This document shows, one piece after another, positions 1 through 8,620 of a stretch of DNA of 64,000 bases. Source of the stretch: Alphaproteobacteria bacterium (GTDB lineage Bacteria; Pseudomonadota; Alphaproteobacteria; Reyranellales; Reyranellaceae). The notes below the pieces were generated by a model. It saw only the letters and a list, made by a program, of their open reading frames with translations, was not told the DNA's origin and made no database searches. The stretch is taken from positions 15,219-79,218 of the forward strand of contig JAFAKN010000131.1 in NCBI GenBank assembly GCA_019235415.1, given 5' to 3'. The position numbers and the translations under genes are program-made. Position 1 is the first letter of the stretch. Every line of letters begins with the position of its first letter.

Positions 1-960
1 GAGCTGCGCGCCGCGCTCAGTGCCTACACCGAACGGCTCTATGGCATAAGGTGCGCGGCGGAGCGCATTTCGGTGACCACCGGCGGCATGCAGGCGATCC
101 TGCTCAGTTGCCAGTTGCTACTCGACCCGGGCGACAACATCGTGATCGTGTCGCCGATCTGGCCCAACATCACGTCGGCGGCGAAGCTGGTACGCGCCGA
201 GCCGAAGTACGTGGCGCTCGACCGCAAGCCGGACGGCAGCTGGCGCCTCGACCTGCAGAAGGTCTTCGACGCCGTCGACGCCCGCACGCGAGCGATTTTC
301 ATCAACTCGCCCGGCAATCCCACCGGCTGGACCTTGAGCTCGGCCGAGCAACGTTCGCTGCTCGATTTCGCGCGCTCGCGCGGCATCTGGATCATGGCCG
401 ACGAGGTCTACGCACGCCTGATCTACACGCGGCCCGTGGCGCCGTCGTTTCTCGAGCTGGCCGGCCCGGACGATCCGCTCCTGGTGCTGAATTCCTTCTC
501 CAAGCCCTGGGCGATGACTGGCTGGCGCGTGGGCTGGTTGACCCATCCGGCGAGCCTGGGCGACCAGTTCGCCAAGCTGGTGCAGATCAACACGTCGGGC
601 GTTCCGCACTTCCTGCAACGCGGCGCGATCGCTGCCCTGGAGAAGGGCGACGGCTTCCTGGCCGAGATGGTCGAGCGCTGCCGGGCGGGCGGCGAGCAGG
701 TCTTCCAGCGCCTGTCGGGCAATTCGAGGGTCACCATTGCCCGGCCGGAAGCGGCGTTTTACGCCTTCTTCTCGATCGATGGCGTCGAGGACACGCTCGC
801 CTTCTGCAAGAAGCTTGCGAAGGACTACAAGGTCGGGCTGGCGCCGGGTGAGGCATTCGGTCCCGGCGGCGAGGGCAATGTCCGCCTCTGCTTTGCGTCC
901 GGCGCCGAGCGCTTGAGCCGGGGCCTCGATCGCATCGAAACGGCGATCAAGGCGCTATGA
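1..960 (+). CDS. PLP-dependent aminotransferase class I/II (5' end outside window)
   Basis: Frame open from base 1; motifs INSPGNPTG, DEVY, SFSKPWAMTGWRVG (PLP lysine). Confidence 0.93.
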   Translation, partial: ELRAALSAYTERLYGIRCAAERISVTTGGMQAILLSCQLLLDPGDNIVIVSPIWPNITSAAKLVRAEPKYVALDRKPDGSWRLDLQKVFDAVDARTRAIFINSPGNPTGWTLSSAEQRSLLDFARSRGIWIMADEVYARLIYTRPVAPSFLELAGPDDPLLVLNSFSKPWAMTGWRVGWLTHPASLGDQFAKLVQINTSGVPHFLQRGAIAALEKGDGFLAEMVERCRAGGEQVFQRLSGNSRVTIARPEAAFYAFFSIDGVEDTLAFCKKLAKDYKVGLAPGEAFGPGGEGNVRLCFASGAERLSRGLDRIETAIKAL

Positions 961-967
961 TGCGGCC

Positions 968-1741
968 ATGGCCTCCGAGACCGCCATCGAGGTCCGGCAT
1001 CTGCGCAAGGTGTACGGAGAGATCGTCGCCGTCGATGATCTGAGTTTCACGGTCGGCCGCGGCACCGTGCTGGGATTGCTGGGCGGCAACGGCGCCGGCA
1101 AGACGACGACCATCGCCATGCTGCTCGGCCTGCTGGAGCCGACGGCCGGCGACATCCACGTGCTGGGCATCGACATGCGCCGCCGCCGCTTCGCGGCGCT
1201 GCCGCGCATGAACTTCTCGTCGCCCTACGTCGACCTGCCGCATCGGCTGACAGTGCGCCAGAACCTGCTCTTCTATGGCCGTCTATACGGGGTGCGGAAC
1301 CTCACACGCCGCATCGAGGAGATCACCGAGCAGATGCAGGTCGCGGCCTTTCTCGACCGGCAGGCCGGCCGGCTGTCGGCCGGCCAGAAGACCCGCGTTG
1401 CGCTCGCCAAGGCGCTGATCAACAGGCCCGACGTCCTGTTGCTCGACGAGCCGACCGCCTCGCTCGATCCCGACACGGCGGACTGGGTGCGCAGCTACCT
1501 CAAGGCGTATCAGCACGAGACCCATGCCACGATCCTGCTCGCCTCGCACAACATGGGCGAGGTCGAGCGGCTGTGCGACGACGTGATCCTGCTGCAGGCC
1601 GGCCGCGTCTTCGAGCAGGGGAGCCCGCGCGAGCTGATCGAGCGCTTCGGCCGCGAGGACATGGAGCAGGTGTTCCTGGACATGGCGCGCGGCCGCGGCC
1701 GCGGCCTGCACGACCTCAGCCGGCGCGAGGCCGTCAAGTGA
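968..1741 (+). CDS. ABC-2 type exporter ATP-binding protein
   Basis: Walker A GGNGAGKT, signature LSAGQ, Walker B LLLDEP. Confidence 0.93.
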   Translation: MASETAIEVRHLRKVYGEIVAVDDLSFTVGRGTVLGLLGGNGAGKTTTIAMLLGLLEPTAGDIHVLGIDMRRRRFAALPRMNFSSPYVDLPHRLTVRQNLLFYGRLYGVRNLTRRIEEITEQMQVAAFLDRQAGRLSAGQKTRVALAKALINRPDVLLLDEPTASLDPDTADWVRSYLKAYQHETHATILLASHNMGEVERLCDDVILLQAGRVFEQGSPRELIERFGREDMEQVFLDMARGRGRGLHDLSRREAVK

Positions 1742-2535
1742 GCGGCTCGGCCGAACGCATTTGGGCGCTGGTGATGCGCCACATTCACATTTGGCGCAGC
1801 TCGGTGATGCGGTTGATCGATTCGATCTACTGGCCGGCCGTCCAGATGGTGATGTGGGGGTTCATGACGAAGTACTTGCTGCCGCAGGCCTCGTTCGTGG
1901 CGCAGGCGGCCGGCGTCCTGCTGTCCGGCCTGCTCCTGTGGGAGGTCGTGGTGCGCGGCAATCTCTCGCTTTCCATTGCCTTCCTGGAGGAGATGTGGTC
2001 GCGCAATCTCGGCCATCTCTTCGTGAGCCCGATCCGCTCCTGGGAGATGGCGACCGGCATCATCATCGCGGCCTTGCTGCGCACCCTGCTCGGCCTGATC
2101 CCGGTGTCGCTGCTGGCCTGGGCCTTCTTCGGCTATTCGATCTATTCGCTGGGCCTGCCGCTCATCGCCTTCTTCGCCATCCTGCAGATGTTCTCCTGGT
2201 CGATCGGGCTCGCCATGTCGGGCATGATCATGCGGGTCGGGCAGAGCGCCGAGAGCTTCGCCTGGGCGGCCATCTACATCCTCATGCCGGTGAGCGGCGT
2301 GTACTATCCGCTGGCGGTGCTGCCGCATTGGCTGCAGGTGATCGCCAAGGCGTTGCCGACCGCCTATGTCTTCGAGGGCATGCGCGGCATCCTGGTGGAG
2401 AACACCGTGCACTGGGACATGCTCGCCATCGCCTTCGTCCTCTCGGTCGCCTACCTGGTTGCGGGCTTCCAGATCTTCCAGTGGTTCTTCCGCCTTTCCC
2501 GGCGCGCCGGCACGCTGCTGGGCCAGGGCGAGTGA
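1738..2535 (+). CDS. ABC-2 type exporter permease
   Basis: GTG start overlaps upstream stop (GTGA); multiple TM segments; EEMWSRNLGHLFVSP motif. Confidence 0.88.
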   Translation: MSGSAERIWALVMRHIHIWRSSVMRLIDSIYWPAVQMVMWGFMTKYLLPQASFVAQAAGVLLSGLLLWEVVVRGNLSLSIAFLEEMWSRNLGHLFVSPIRSWEMATGIIIAALLRTLLGLIPVSLLAWAFFGYSIYSLGLPLIAFFAILQMFSWSIGLAMSGMIMRVGQSAESFAWAAIYILMPVSGVYYPLAVLPHWLQVIAKALPTAYVFEGMRGILVENTVHWDMLAIAFVLSVAYLVAGFQIFQWFFRLSRRAGTLLGQGE

Positions 2536-2545
2536 AGTTCGCTCG

Positions 2546-3280
2546 ATGCGAATCGTCGCCTGGAACTGCAACATGGCGCTGGAGCGCAAGATCGAGGCCC
2601 TGCTGGCGCTCGATCCCGACATCGCGGTGATCTCCGAGTGCGCCGAACCCGGGCGTCTGCGCCTGCGCTCGAAACGCGACTGGCTGGAGAGCGACCCGGT
2701 GTGGGTCGGGCGCAATCCGCACAAGGGGCTCGCGGTCTTCACCTTCCATGGCTACGCGGCACGGCTGGCCGCGAGCTACCACCCGTCCTTGCGCTATATC
2801 GCGCCAGTGCATGTGTGCGGACGGACGTCATGCAATCTGCTCGCCGTCTGGGCACAGAACGCCAGCGCCGGCGGGATCCGCAAGCACCAGCTGGGACCGC
2901 TCCGACGGGCACTGTCGCGCTACAAGGCTTTCCTGGCCGAGGCGCCGGCCGTGGTCGCCGGCGACTTCAACAACAACACCATCTGGGACAAGCCCGGCTG
3001 GCGGATCAACCATTCGACCAAGGTGCGCATCCTCGAGGAAAGCTTCGGCCTGGTCAGCGCCTATCACACCGTGCGTGGCGAGGCGCACGGCCTGGAGCGC
3101 GAGCCCACTCTGTATTGGCGCGACCGCAGGAAGGACGGGCCGACGTACCACATCGACTACGTCTTCCTTCCCTCGCTCTGGATTGAAAAGGTGCGTGACC
3201 TTAGCATCGGCGGCTTCGAGACCTGGTGCGGCTCGGGATTGAGCGACCACGTGCCGGTGGTCGTCGATGTCGAGGTTTGA
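2546..3280 (+). CDS. Endonuclease/exonuclease/phosphatase family protein
   Basis: Motifs WNCN, SEC, GDFN, HIDY, SDH; ATG at 2546. Confidence 0.88.
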   Translation: MRIVAWNCNMALERKIEALLALDPDIAVISECAEPGRLRLRSKRDWLESDPVWVGRNPHKGLAVFTFHGYAARLAASYHPSLRYIAPVHVCGRTSCNLLAVWAQNASAGGIRKHQLGPLRRALSRYKAFLAEAPAVVAGDFNNNTIWDKPGWRINHSTKVRILEESFGLVSAYHTVRGEAHGLEREPTLYWRDRRKDGPTYHIDYVFLPSLWIEKVRDLSIGGFETWCGSGLSDHVPVVVDVEV

Positions 3281-3294
3281 AAGGGGAGAGCGTT

Positions 3295-3699
3295 ATGGCG
3301 AAGGTGGTTTGGACCGGCGTGGTCCTGGCGTTGGGCGTGGCAGCGTGCTCGAGCCCGCCGCGGCCGGCACCGCCGGTGTGGTCGACGAACTATGCCGTGC
3401 CCTTCGACACCATGGTCAACTGCCTGACCAGCATGCCGACCAACGCCTTTACGATCGGGGCGCCCACGCCCGGTTTCGGCGGCGTCGTCACGATCGCCTA
3501 CGTTCCGACCAACGTTCCGCAGGCGAACTCGTACTTCAGGGTCTATCGGGTGCCCGAAAACGGCGTGCAGGTCAGCTGGTTTCGCGCCAACGACGTGATG
3601 GGTCTCGACTGGATCGATGGCGAGGCACGGTCTCGGGCGAACAGCTGTGGCGGCATTCCCTACCAGGGAGACAGATCCTACCAGGGAGTCGGACCGTGA
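3295..3699 (+). CDS. Hypothetical lipoprotein (paralog 1)
   Basis: SD GGGGAG, signal peptide with lipobox LGVAAC; aligns with next ORF. Confidence 0.75.
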   Translation: MAKVVWTGVVLALGVAACSSPPRPAPPVWSTNYAVPFDTMVNCLTSMPTNAFTIGAPTPGFGGVVTIAYVPTNVPQANSYFRVYRVPENGVQVSWFRANDVMGLDWIDGEARSRANSCGGIPYQGDRSYQGVGP

Positions 3700-4064
3700 G
3701 GCACGTCGGGGCGTGCACGTCGCTTGCTCTCGGCCTTGCGGCGTGCAGCGCATCGTCATCGCCGCCGCCTTTGCCGCCTGTCTGGTCGGCGACCTATGAC
3801 GTTGCCTTCGACGCAATGGTCAGCTGCCTGTCGGCCAAGCCCGCCGCGGCCTATGCCGTTTCCCGGCCGGAATACTTTCAGGAAGGCGTGATGCGCATCG
3901 GGTTCACGCCGGCAAAGACGCCGCAAGCCGATTCGGCCTACACGCTGCGACGCACGGCGAACGGCACGACCGTCATCTGGCGGCGGCCGGGCAACGTGGG
4001 CGACATGGATTGGCTGGACAACGAAGCGCGCAGCCGAGCCGACCGCTGCGCCGCTACGGCCTGA
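3696..4064 (+). CDS. Hypothetical lipoprotein (paralog 2)
   Basis: GTG start overlaps upstream stop; lipobox LGLAAC; shares PPVWS..Y.V.FD.MV.CL and DW.D.EARSRA..C with paralog 1. Confidence 0.75.
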   Translation: MRHVGACTSLALGLAACSASSSPPPLPPVWSATYDVAFDAMVSCLSAKPAAAYAVSRPEYFQEGVMRIGFTPAKTPQADSAYTLRRTANGTTVIWRRPGNVGDMDWLDNEARSRADRCAATA

Positions 4065-4070
4065 GGTCGG

Positions 4071-4898
4071 TCAGGGCGCCTTCAACACCGCTTGGCAGGC
4101 GGCCGGCAGCTTCGGGCGATAGGGCACTTGCGGCGCATCGGGTGGCGGCAGCTTCACCGGCGGATGGGTGAACCAAATCTCGAGCGGTCCGCCGCAACCG
4201 TCGTCGCTGTAGTAGCGCGCCTGCGGCTGGCATTGCGGGTTGCCGGGCGGGCAGTAGAGCCTGATGTGGAAATGCTCGTCATGGCCTGCCCACACCACGA
4301 GCTTGTTGAGCCAGGCGCGATCGCCGATGACCGTCTGGCAGAGCCGCTGCTTGATCCACTTGTTCACGAACAGGCGGTCGAGATGGGGCATCTCCGCGGC
4401 CAGGCGCAGCAACGTGACGTACTGCTGGTTGAACACGCTGTCGTCGATGCCGCTGTCGTCGGCCACCACCAGCGAACGCAGCCGCGGGTTCTCGCGCTCC
4501 GCTGCCGGACGGGGCGGGCCGGGCTGGCGCTCGAACCAGATGTCGGCGTCGAGGCCGATCTGGTGGCTGGCATGGCCGGAAGGGGCAGGCCCGCCGCGCG
4601 GTTGGCCGATGTCGCCGATATAGAGAGGCGCTTGGCCTGCGGCGCGGACTTTCTCCGACAGGTCCTTGATGAAGTCCAACGTGACCGGCTGGCCCCAGTA
4701 GCGGTTGCGACTGATGCGGATGACTTCGTAGCCCGGCCCCTCCAGGGGCAGCGCCCGGGCGCCTTGCAGGCAGCCCGCGGTGTACGAGCCGATCGACTGC
4801 GGCGGGCCGGGTGCCGGCGTCCTGACGTCGGCCCAGTCCTGCGCGTTCGCAAGGCCGGCGCCCATCGCCGCGATCAGCGGAACGAGCCAGCGCATCAT
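4071..4898 (-). CDS. mepA: Penicillin-insensitive murein endopeptidase
   Basis: Signal peptide; SIGSYTAGCL, RNRYWG, HASHQIGLDADIW, GHDEHFHIR. Confidence 0.9.
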   Translation of the reverse strand: MMRWLVPLIAAMGAGLANAQDWADVRTPAPGPPQSIGSYTAGCLQGARALPLEGPGYEVIRISRNRYWGQPVTLDFIKDLSEKVRAAGQAPLYIGDIGQPRGGPAPSGHASHQIGLDADIWFERQPGPPRPAAERENPRLRSLVVADDSGIDDSVFNQQYVTLLRLAAEMPHLDRLFVNKWIKQRLCQTVIGDRAWLNKLVVWAGHDEHFHIRLYCPPGNPQCQPQARYYSDDGCGGPLEIWFTHPPVKLPPPDAPQVPYRPKLPAACQAVLKAP

Positions 4899-4935
4899 CT
4901 TGTTGCCACCCTAGTCGGTCGCTAAGACTTTCTCC

Positions 4936-5739
4936 ATGGCCGACTACGCCAACATCAGGCTCGAGCATGACGGTGCCATCGCACGCCTCACGCTCGCTCG
5001 GCCCGAGCGGCGCAATGCGCTGACGCACGCCATGATGCTCGAGCTCGAGGACGCGTTCACGCGCCTCAGCAACGATGCGGGCTGCCGCGCCCTCGTCCTG
5101 CGCGGCGCCGGTGGGCATTTCTGCGCCGGCGGCGATCTTGCCGCCATGGCCGACATGCCGGCCAAGCCCGGCAACGGTGCGGTCGATCCGCTGCTGCCGG
5201 CCTATCGCCAATTCGGCGATGCGTTGCTGGCGTTGAATACTCTGCCGCAGGCGACGATTGCGGTCGTGGAAGGCTCGGCGGTGGGCGGCGGCTTCGGCAT
5301 GGCGTGCTGCTCCGACATCGTGATCCTGCACGAATCGGCTGCGTTCGGCATGCCCGAGCCCAAGGTCGGTTTCATTCCCTCGCAGATCGTTCCCTTCGTG
5401 GTGCGGCGCATCGGCGAGGGCGCGGCCCGCGATCTTGCCGTGACCGGGCGCGTGATCGGTGCTGCCGAGGCGCTGCGCCTGGGCGTCGGGCGGCATCTCT
5501 GCGCCAATACCGCGGAGCTCAACCGGACCCTGAAGGCGCTGATCGACGACGTCGTGAAGCTCGAGCCCGCCGCGCGAACGGCGGTCAAACGGCTGGTGCT
5601 GCAATGCGCCACCGCCGACGATCGCAGCGTGCTGGACATAGCGGCGCAGGATCTGGTTGGCCTGCTGCGGCGGCCGGAAGCAGTGCAGGGAATCGAAGCC
5701 TTCATGGCCAAGACCGCGCCGCCGTGGGCAAAGGAGTAG
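4936..5739 (+). CDS. Enoyl-CoA hydratase/isomerase family protein
   Basis: RPERRNAL, FCAGGDL, AVGGGFG, FGMPE crotonase motifs. Confidence 0.9.
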   Translation: MADYANIRLEHDGAIARLTLARPERRNALTHAMMLELEDAFTRLSNDAGCRALVLRGAGGHFCAGGDLAAMADMPAKPGNGAVDPLLPAYRQFGDALLALNTLPQATIAVVEGSAVGGGFGMACCSDIVILHESAAFGMPEPKVGFIPSQIVPFVVRRIGEGAARDLAVTGRVIGAAEALRLGVGRHLCANTAELNRTLKALIDDVVKLEPAARTAVKRLVLQCATADDRSVLDIAAQDLVGLLRRPEAVQGIEAFMAKTAPPWAKE

Positions 5740-5743
5740 GGCC

Positions 5744-6580
5744 ATGCGCAACTATCGACATATCGAGGTGAGGCCGGTGGCCGGCGCCTTGGGCGCCGAG
5801 ATCATGGGCGTCGACATGGCGCGCGAGCTCGAGGCCGATGTCGTGGCCGAGGTCAGGCAGGCCTTCCTCGACCACCTCGTCATTTTCCTGCGCAACCAGA
5901 AGGTCACGCCGCCGCAGCAGCTGGCCTTCGCGCGCCGCTTCGGCGAGCCGATCGAGTATCCGCAGCTGAAGGGCCTAACCGAGGCGCCGATGATCACGCC
6001 GGTGGTCAAGCTCGAGCATGAGCGCAGCAACTTCGGCGGCATCTGGCATTCCGACACGACCTACCTGCCGCAGCCGCCGATGGGCAGCATGCTGCTGGCC
6101 CGCGAGGTGCCGCCGTTCGGCGGCGACACGATGTTCGCCAACCAGTATCTGGCGTATGAGGCGCTGTCGGATGGCCTCAAGGAAACCCTCGAAGGCCTGG
6201 TGGGCGTAAGCTCGTCGGCCAAGGCCGACGTGTCGAAGACGCGCGAGGATCGCCTGAAGGCGGCCGGCGTCGAGCTCAAGGTGCTGACCGCCGAGCACCC
6301 CATCGTGCGCACGCATCCCGAGACCGGCCGCAAGGCGCTCTACACGTCGGCAGCCCATACCGCGCACTTGGCCGGCTGGACCGAGAAGGAGAGCCTGCCG
6401 TTGCTGCGGTTCCTGTGGGAGCACCAGGTGAAGCCTGAGTTCACCTGCCGTTTCCGCTGGGAGGTAGGCTCGCTCGCCTTCTGGGACAACCGCTGCGCCA
6501 TGCACAACCCGATCAACGATTATCACGGCTACCGCCGCGTGATGCATCGCATCACGCTGGCCGGCGACCGGCCACGTTAG
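5744..6580 (+). CDS. TauD/TfdA family 2-oxoglutarate/Fe(II) dioxygenase
   Basis: GALGAEI, WHSD (HxD), GGDTMF, WDNRCAMH. Confidence 0.92.
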   Translation: MRNYRHIEVRPVAGALGAEIMGVDMARELEADVVAEVRQAFLDHLVIFLRNQKVTPPQQLAFARRFGEPIEYPQLKGLTEAPMITPVVKLEHERSNFGGIWHSDTTYLPQPPMGSMLLAREVPPFGGDTMFANQYLAYEALSDGLKETLEGLVGVSSSAKADVSKTREDRLKAAGVELKVLTAEHPIVRTHPETGRKALYTSAAHTAHLAGWTEKESLPLLRFLWEHQVKPEFTCRFRWEVGSLAFWDNRCAMHNPINDYHGYRRVMHRITLAGDRPR

Positions 6581-8234
6581 CCGCCAACGCCTCCCGCGAG
6601 ATTTTTGGAAAAAGCGGCGGAGGCAGCTTGATCGGGCGCCCCGCCGGTATGGCGCACAAGTCCTCTCGCGCTCTGTCCGGCCATGCCACTCGGTCGATAC
6701 CATCACCAAGGCATTGCAATACTTCGGCCGCGGCGAAGGGGATGAAAGGCCAGCCCACAAGGGCGGCGAGGCGAACCAGATTGATGCCGGTTCGTGCGAT
6801 CGCGGCGGCACGCGGCGGATCTTGCTTGATCGCCGACCAGGGAGCGGCGTGCGCCAGATAGGCGTTGGCGAGCTTCCAGATGGACCTCACTTCGTCGGCG
6901 GCCTTGCGGAAGGCGAGGGCCTCGTGATGGGCGCGCAGGTGCGCGAGGTGCCGGTCGAGGGCCGCGGCCAGATCACGCTCGCTCGCGCCGCCTGCGCCGC
7001 CGTCCGGCACCTTGCCGTCGAAGCGGTTGGCGACGAACGACAGGCAGCGGTTCACGAGATTGCCGAAGGTGTCGGCCAGGTCCTTGTTGATGCCGTCGAC
7101 GAAGCGCTCGACGGTGAAATCGACGTCATCGCCTTCGGGCGCATTGGCGGCGAGCCACCAGCGCCAGGTGTCGGCCGGCAGGAGCTCGAGGGCCCGGTCG
7201 GTGAAGATCCCGCGGCCCTCGCTGGTCGAGAACTTGCCGCCTTCGAAGGTCAGCCAGTTGAAACCCTTGATGATGTCGACGCGCTTCAGCGGCAGGCCCG
7301 ATCCCAGGAGCGTGGCGGGAAAGCTGACGGCGTGGAAGGGGACGTTGTCCTTGGCGAGGAACTGCAGGTAGCGTACCTCGTCGCCGCCCTGCCACCACGC
7401 GCGCCAGTCGCGTCCGGGCGCCTGTTCGGCCCATTCGACGCCGGCGGCGATGTAGCCGATCGGCGCATCGAACCAGACATAGAACACCTTGTCCGCGAAG
7501 CCGGTCTTGGGCACCGGCACGCCCCACGTCAGATCGCGCGTGATGCAGCGGTCGCGCAGTCCTTCGTCCAGCCATTTGCGCGCGATCGATTGAACCAGCG
7601 GCGGCCAGTCGTGACGCGCATCGATCCAGCAGCGCAGCCGGCCCTCGAACGCGGCAAGTTTCAGGAACAGGTGTCGAGTCTCGCGGAACTCGATGTCGCG
7701 GGCACCGGAGATCGCCGACCGCGGTTCGCTCAGCTCGTGCGGGTCGATCAGCCGCGTGCAGCTCTCGCACTGATCGCCGCGCGCGGCTGGATGGCCGCAA
7801 TGTGGGCAGGTGCCGATCACGTAACGGTCGGGCAGGAAGCGCCTGTCGGTCGGAGAATAAGCCTGTCGCAGGGTGCGTTCTTCGATGTAACCGGCGGCAT
7901 CCAGGCGCGCGAAGATTTCCTGCGTCAGCCGATGGTTCGCAGCGCCTGAGGTGCGCGAGAAATGGTCGAACGACAGGCCGAAGCGGCGATAGATTTCGGC
8001 CTGGATCATGTGCTGGCGCGCACAGTAATCGGCCACCGGCAAGCTTGCGGCGGCGGCGGCCAGCTCGGCCGGTGTGCCGTGCTCGTCGGTGCCGCACAGG
8101 AACAGCACGTCGTGGCCGGTCTGCCGGCGAAAGCGCGCATGGATGTCGGCGGGCAGCAGAGAGCCCGCGAGATTGCCGAGATGCTTTACGCCGTTGACGT
8201 AGGGAAGGGCGCTGGTGATCAGGAACTTGGTCAT
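6552..8234 (-). CDS. metG: Methionine--tRNA ligase
   Basis: ALPYVNGVKHLGN (HIGH-like), GTDEHG, Zn knuckle CPHC..CESC, YVWFDA, KFSTS (KMSKS-like). Confidence 0.95.
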   Translation of the reverse strand: MTKFLITSALPYVNGVKHLGNLAGSLLPADIHARFRRQTGHDVLFLCGTDEHGTPAELAAAAASLPVADYCARQHMIQAEIYRRFGLSFDHFSRTSGAANHRLTQEIFARLDAAGYIEERTLRQAYSPTDRRFLPDRYVIGTCPHCGHPAARGDQCESCTRLIDPHELSEPRSAISGARDIEFRETRHLFLKLAAFEGRLRCWIDARHDWPPLVQSIARKWLDEGLRDRCITRDLTWGVPVPKTGFADKVFYVWFDAPIGYIAAGVEWAEQAPGRDWRAWWQGGDEVRYLQFLAKDNVPFHAVSFPATLLGSGLPLKRVDIIKGFNWLTFEGGKFSTSEGRGIFTDRALELLPADTWRWWLAANAPEGDDVDFTVERFVDGINKDLADTFGNLVNRCLSFVANRFDGKVPDGGAGGASERDLAAALDRHLAHLRAHHEALAFRKAADEVRSIWKLANAYLAHAAPWSAIKQDPPRAAAIARTGINLVRLAALVGWPFIPFAAAEVLQCLGDGIDRVAWPDRAREDLCAIPAGRPIKLPPPLFPKISREALAANVAGRRPA

Positions 8235-8258
8235 GGGTCTCTCCGCGAGTGCAGACGC

Positions 8259-8284
8259 AAAAAAGCCCTTCGCGCGGAAGGGCT
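8259..8284 (-). terminator. Intrinsic terminator (attenuator) in metG leader
   Basis: Minus strand AGCCCTTC-CGCGC-GAAGGGCT followed by a T-run, 24 nt upstream of the metG ATG. Confidence 0.85.
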
Positions 8285-8317
8285 GGAGAGACCGATCGAG
8301 CGTCTATGGCGCGCGCG

Positions 8318-8386
8318 TCAGCCTGCAGCCCCAACCGGACGAAGGGGCCGGCGCATTCGCAGAGAAGGTGCGCGCGTGGTGAGCAT
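8318..8386 (-). CDS. Putative metG leader peptide MLTTRAPSLRMRRPLRPVGAAG (22 aa)
   Basis: Short ORF between a sigma70-like promoter and the terminator; Met codon 11 lies 4 nt before the first pairing segment. Confidence 0.65.
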   Translation of the reverse strand: MLTTRAPSLRMRRPLRPVGAAG

Positions 8387-8393
8387 GCAAGCG

Positions 8394-8422
8394 ATGTAGG
8401 TGCACGCGGGGCGCGGGTCAAT
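8394..8422 (-). promoter_or_regulatory. Sigma70-type promoter for the metG leader
   Basis: ATTGAC-N17-CTACAT, one mismatch per box to the rhizobial RpoD consensus CTTGAC-N17-CTATAT; leader ATG is 7 nt downstream. Confidence 0.7.
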
Positions 8423-8461
8423 GGCTGGCGCGCCGTTGGCGCATCCCGAGCAAGACACTCT

Positions 8462-8526
8462 ATCACCCGAGCGTAGCGAGGGACCTTTCTTGCTGCCCCA
8501 AGGGTCCGCTGACGCTCGGGATGACA
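8462..8526. repeat. REP-like palindrome family A (degenerate copy)
   Basis: ATCACCCGAGCGTAGCGAGGGACC ... GGTCCGCTGACGCTCGGGATGACA. Confidence 0.8.
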
Positions 8527-8573
8527 ACCTCGGCAAACCCATGATGCCCGTCGCCTGAAATAATATCGGCCGA

Positions 8574-8602
8574 TTGACATTGTCTATCGATCGATATTAA
8601 TT
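8574..8602 (+). promoter_or_regulatory. Promoter with palindromic operator upstream of the TetR-RND operon
   Basis: TTGACA-N17-TTAATT; perfect palindrome TATCGATCGATA at 8585-8596 in the spacer. Confidence 0.6.
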
Positions 8603-8620
8603 GACCTAAACGGTGAGACC

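Noticed and set aside
8235-8420. SAM-II/SAM-alpha riboswitch or T-box upstream of metG
   Set aside because: I could not find their conserved sequence motifs; the leader-peptide attenuator explains the elements present
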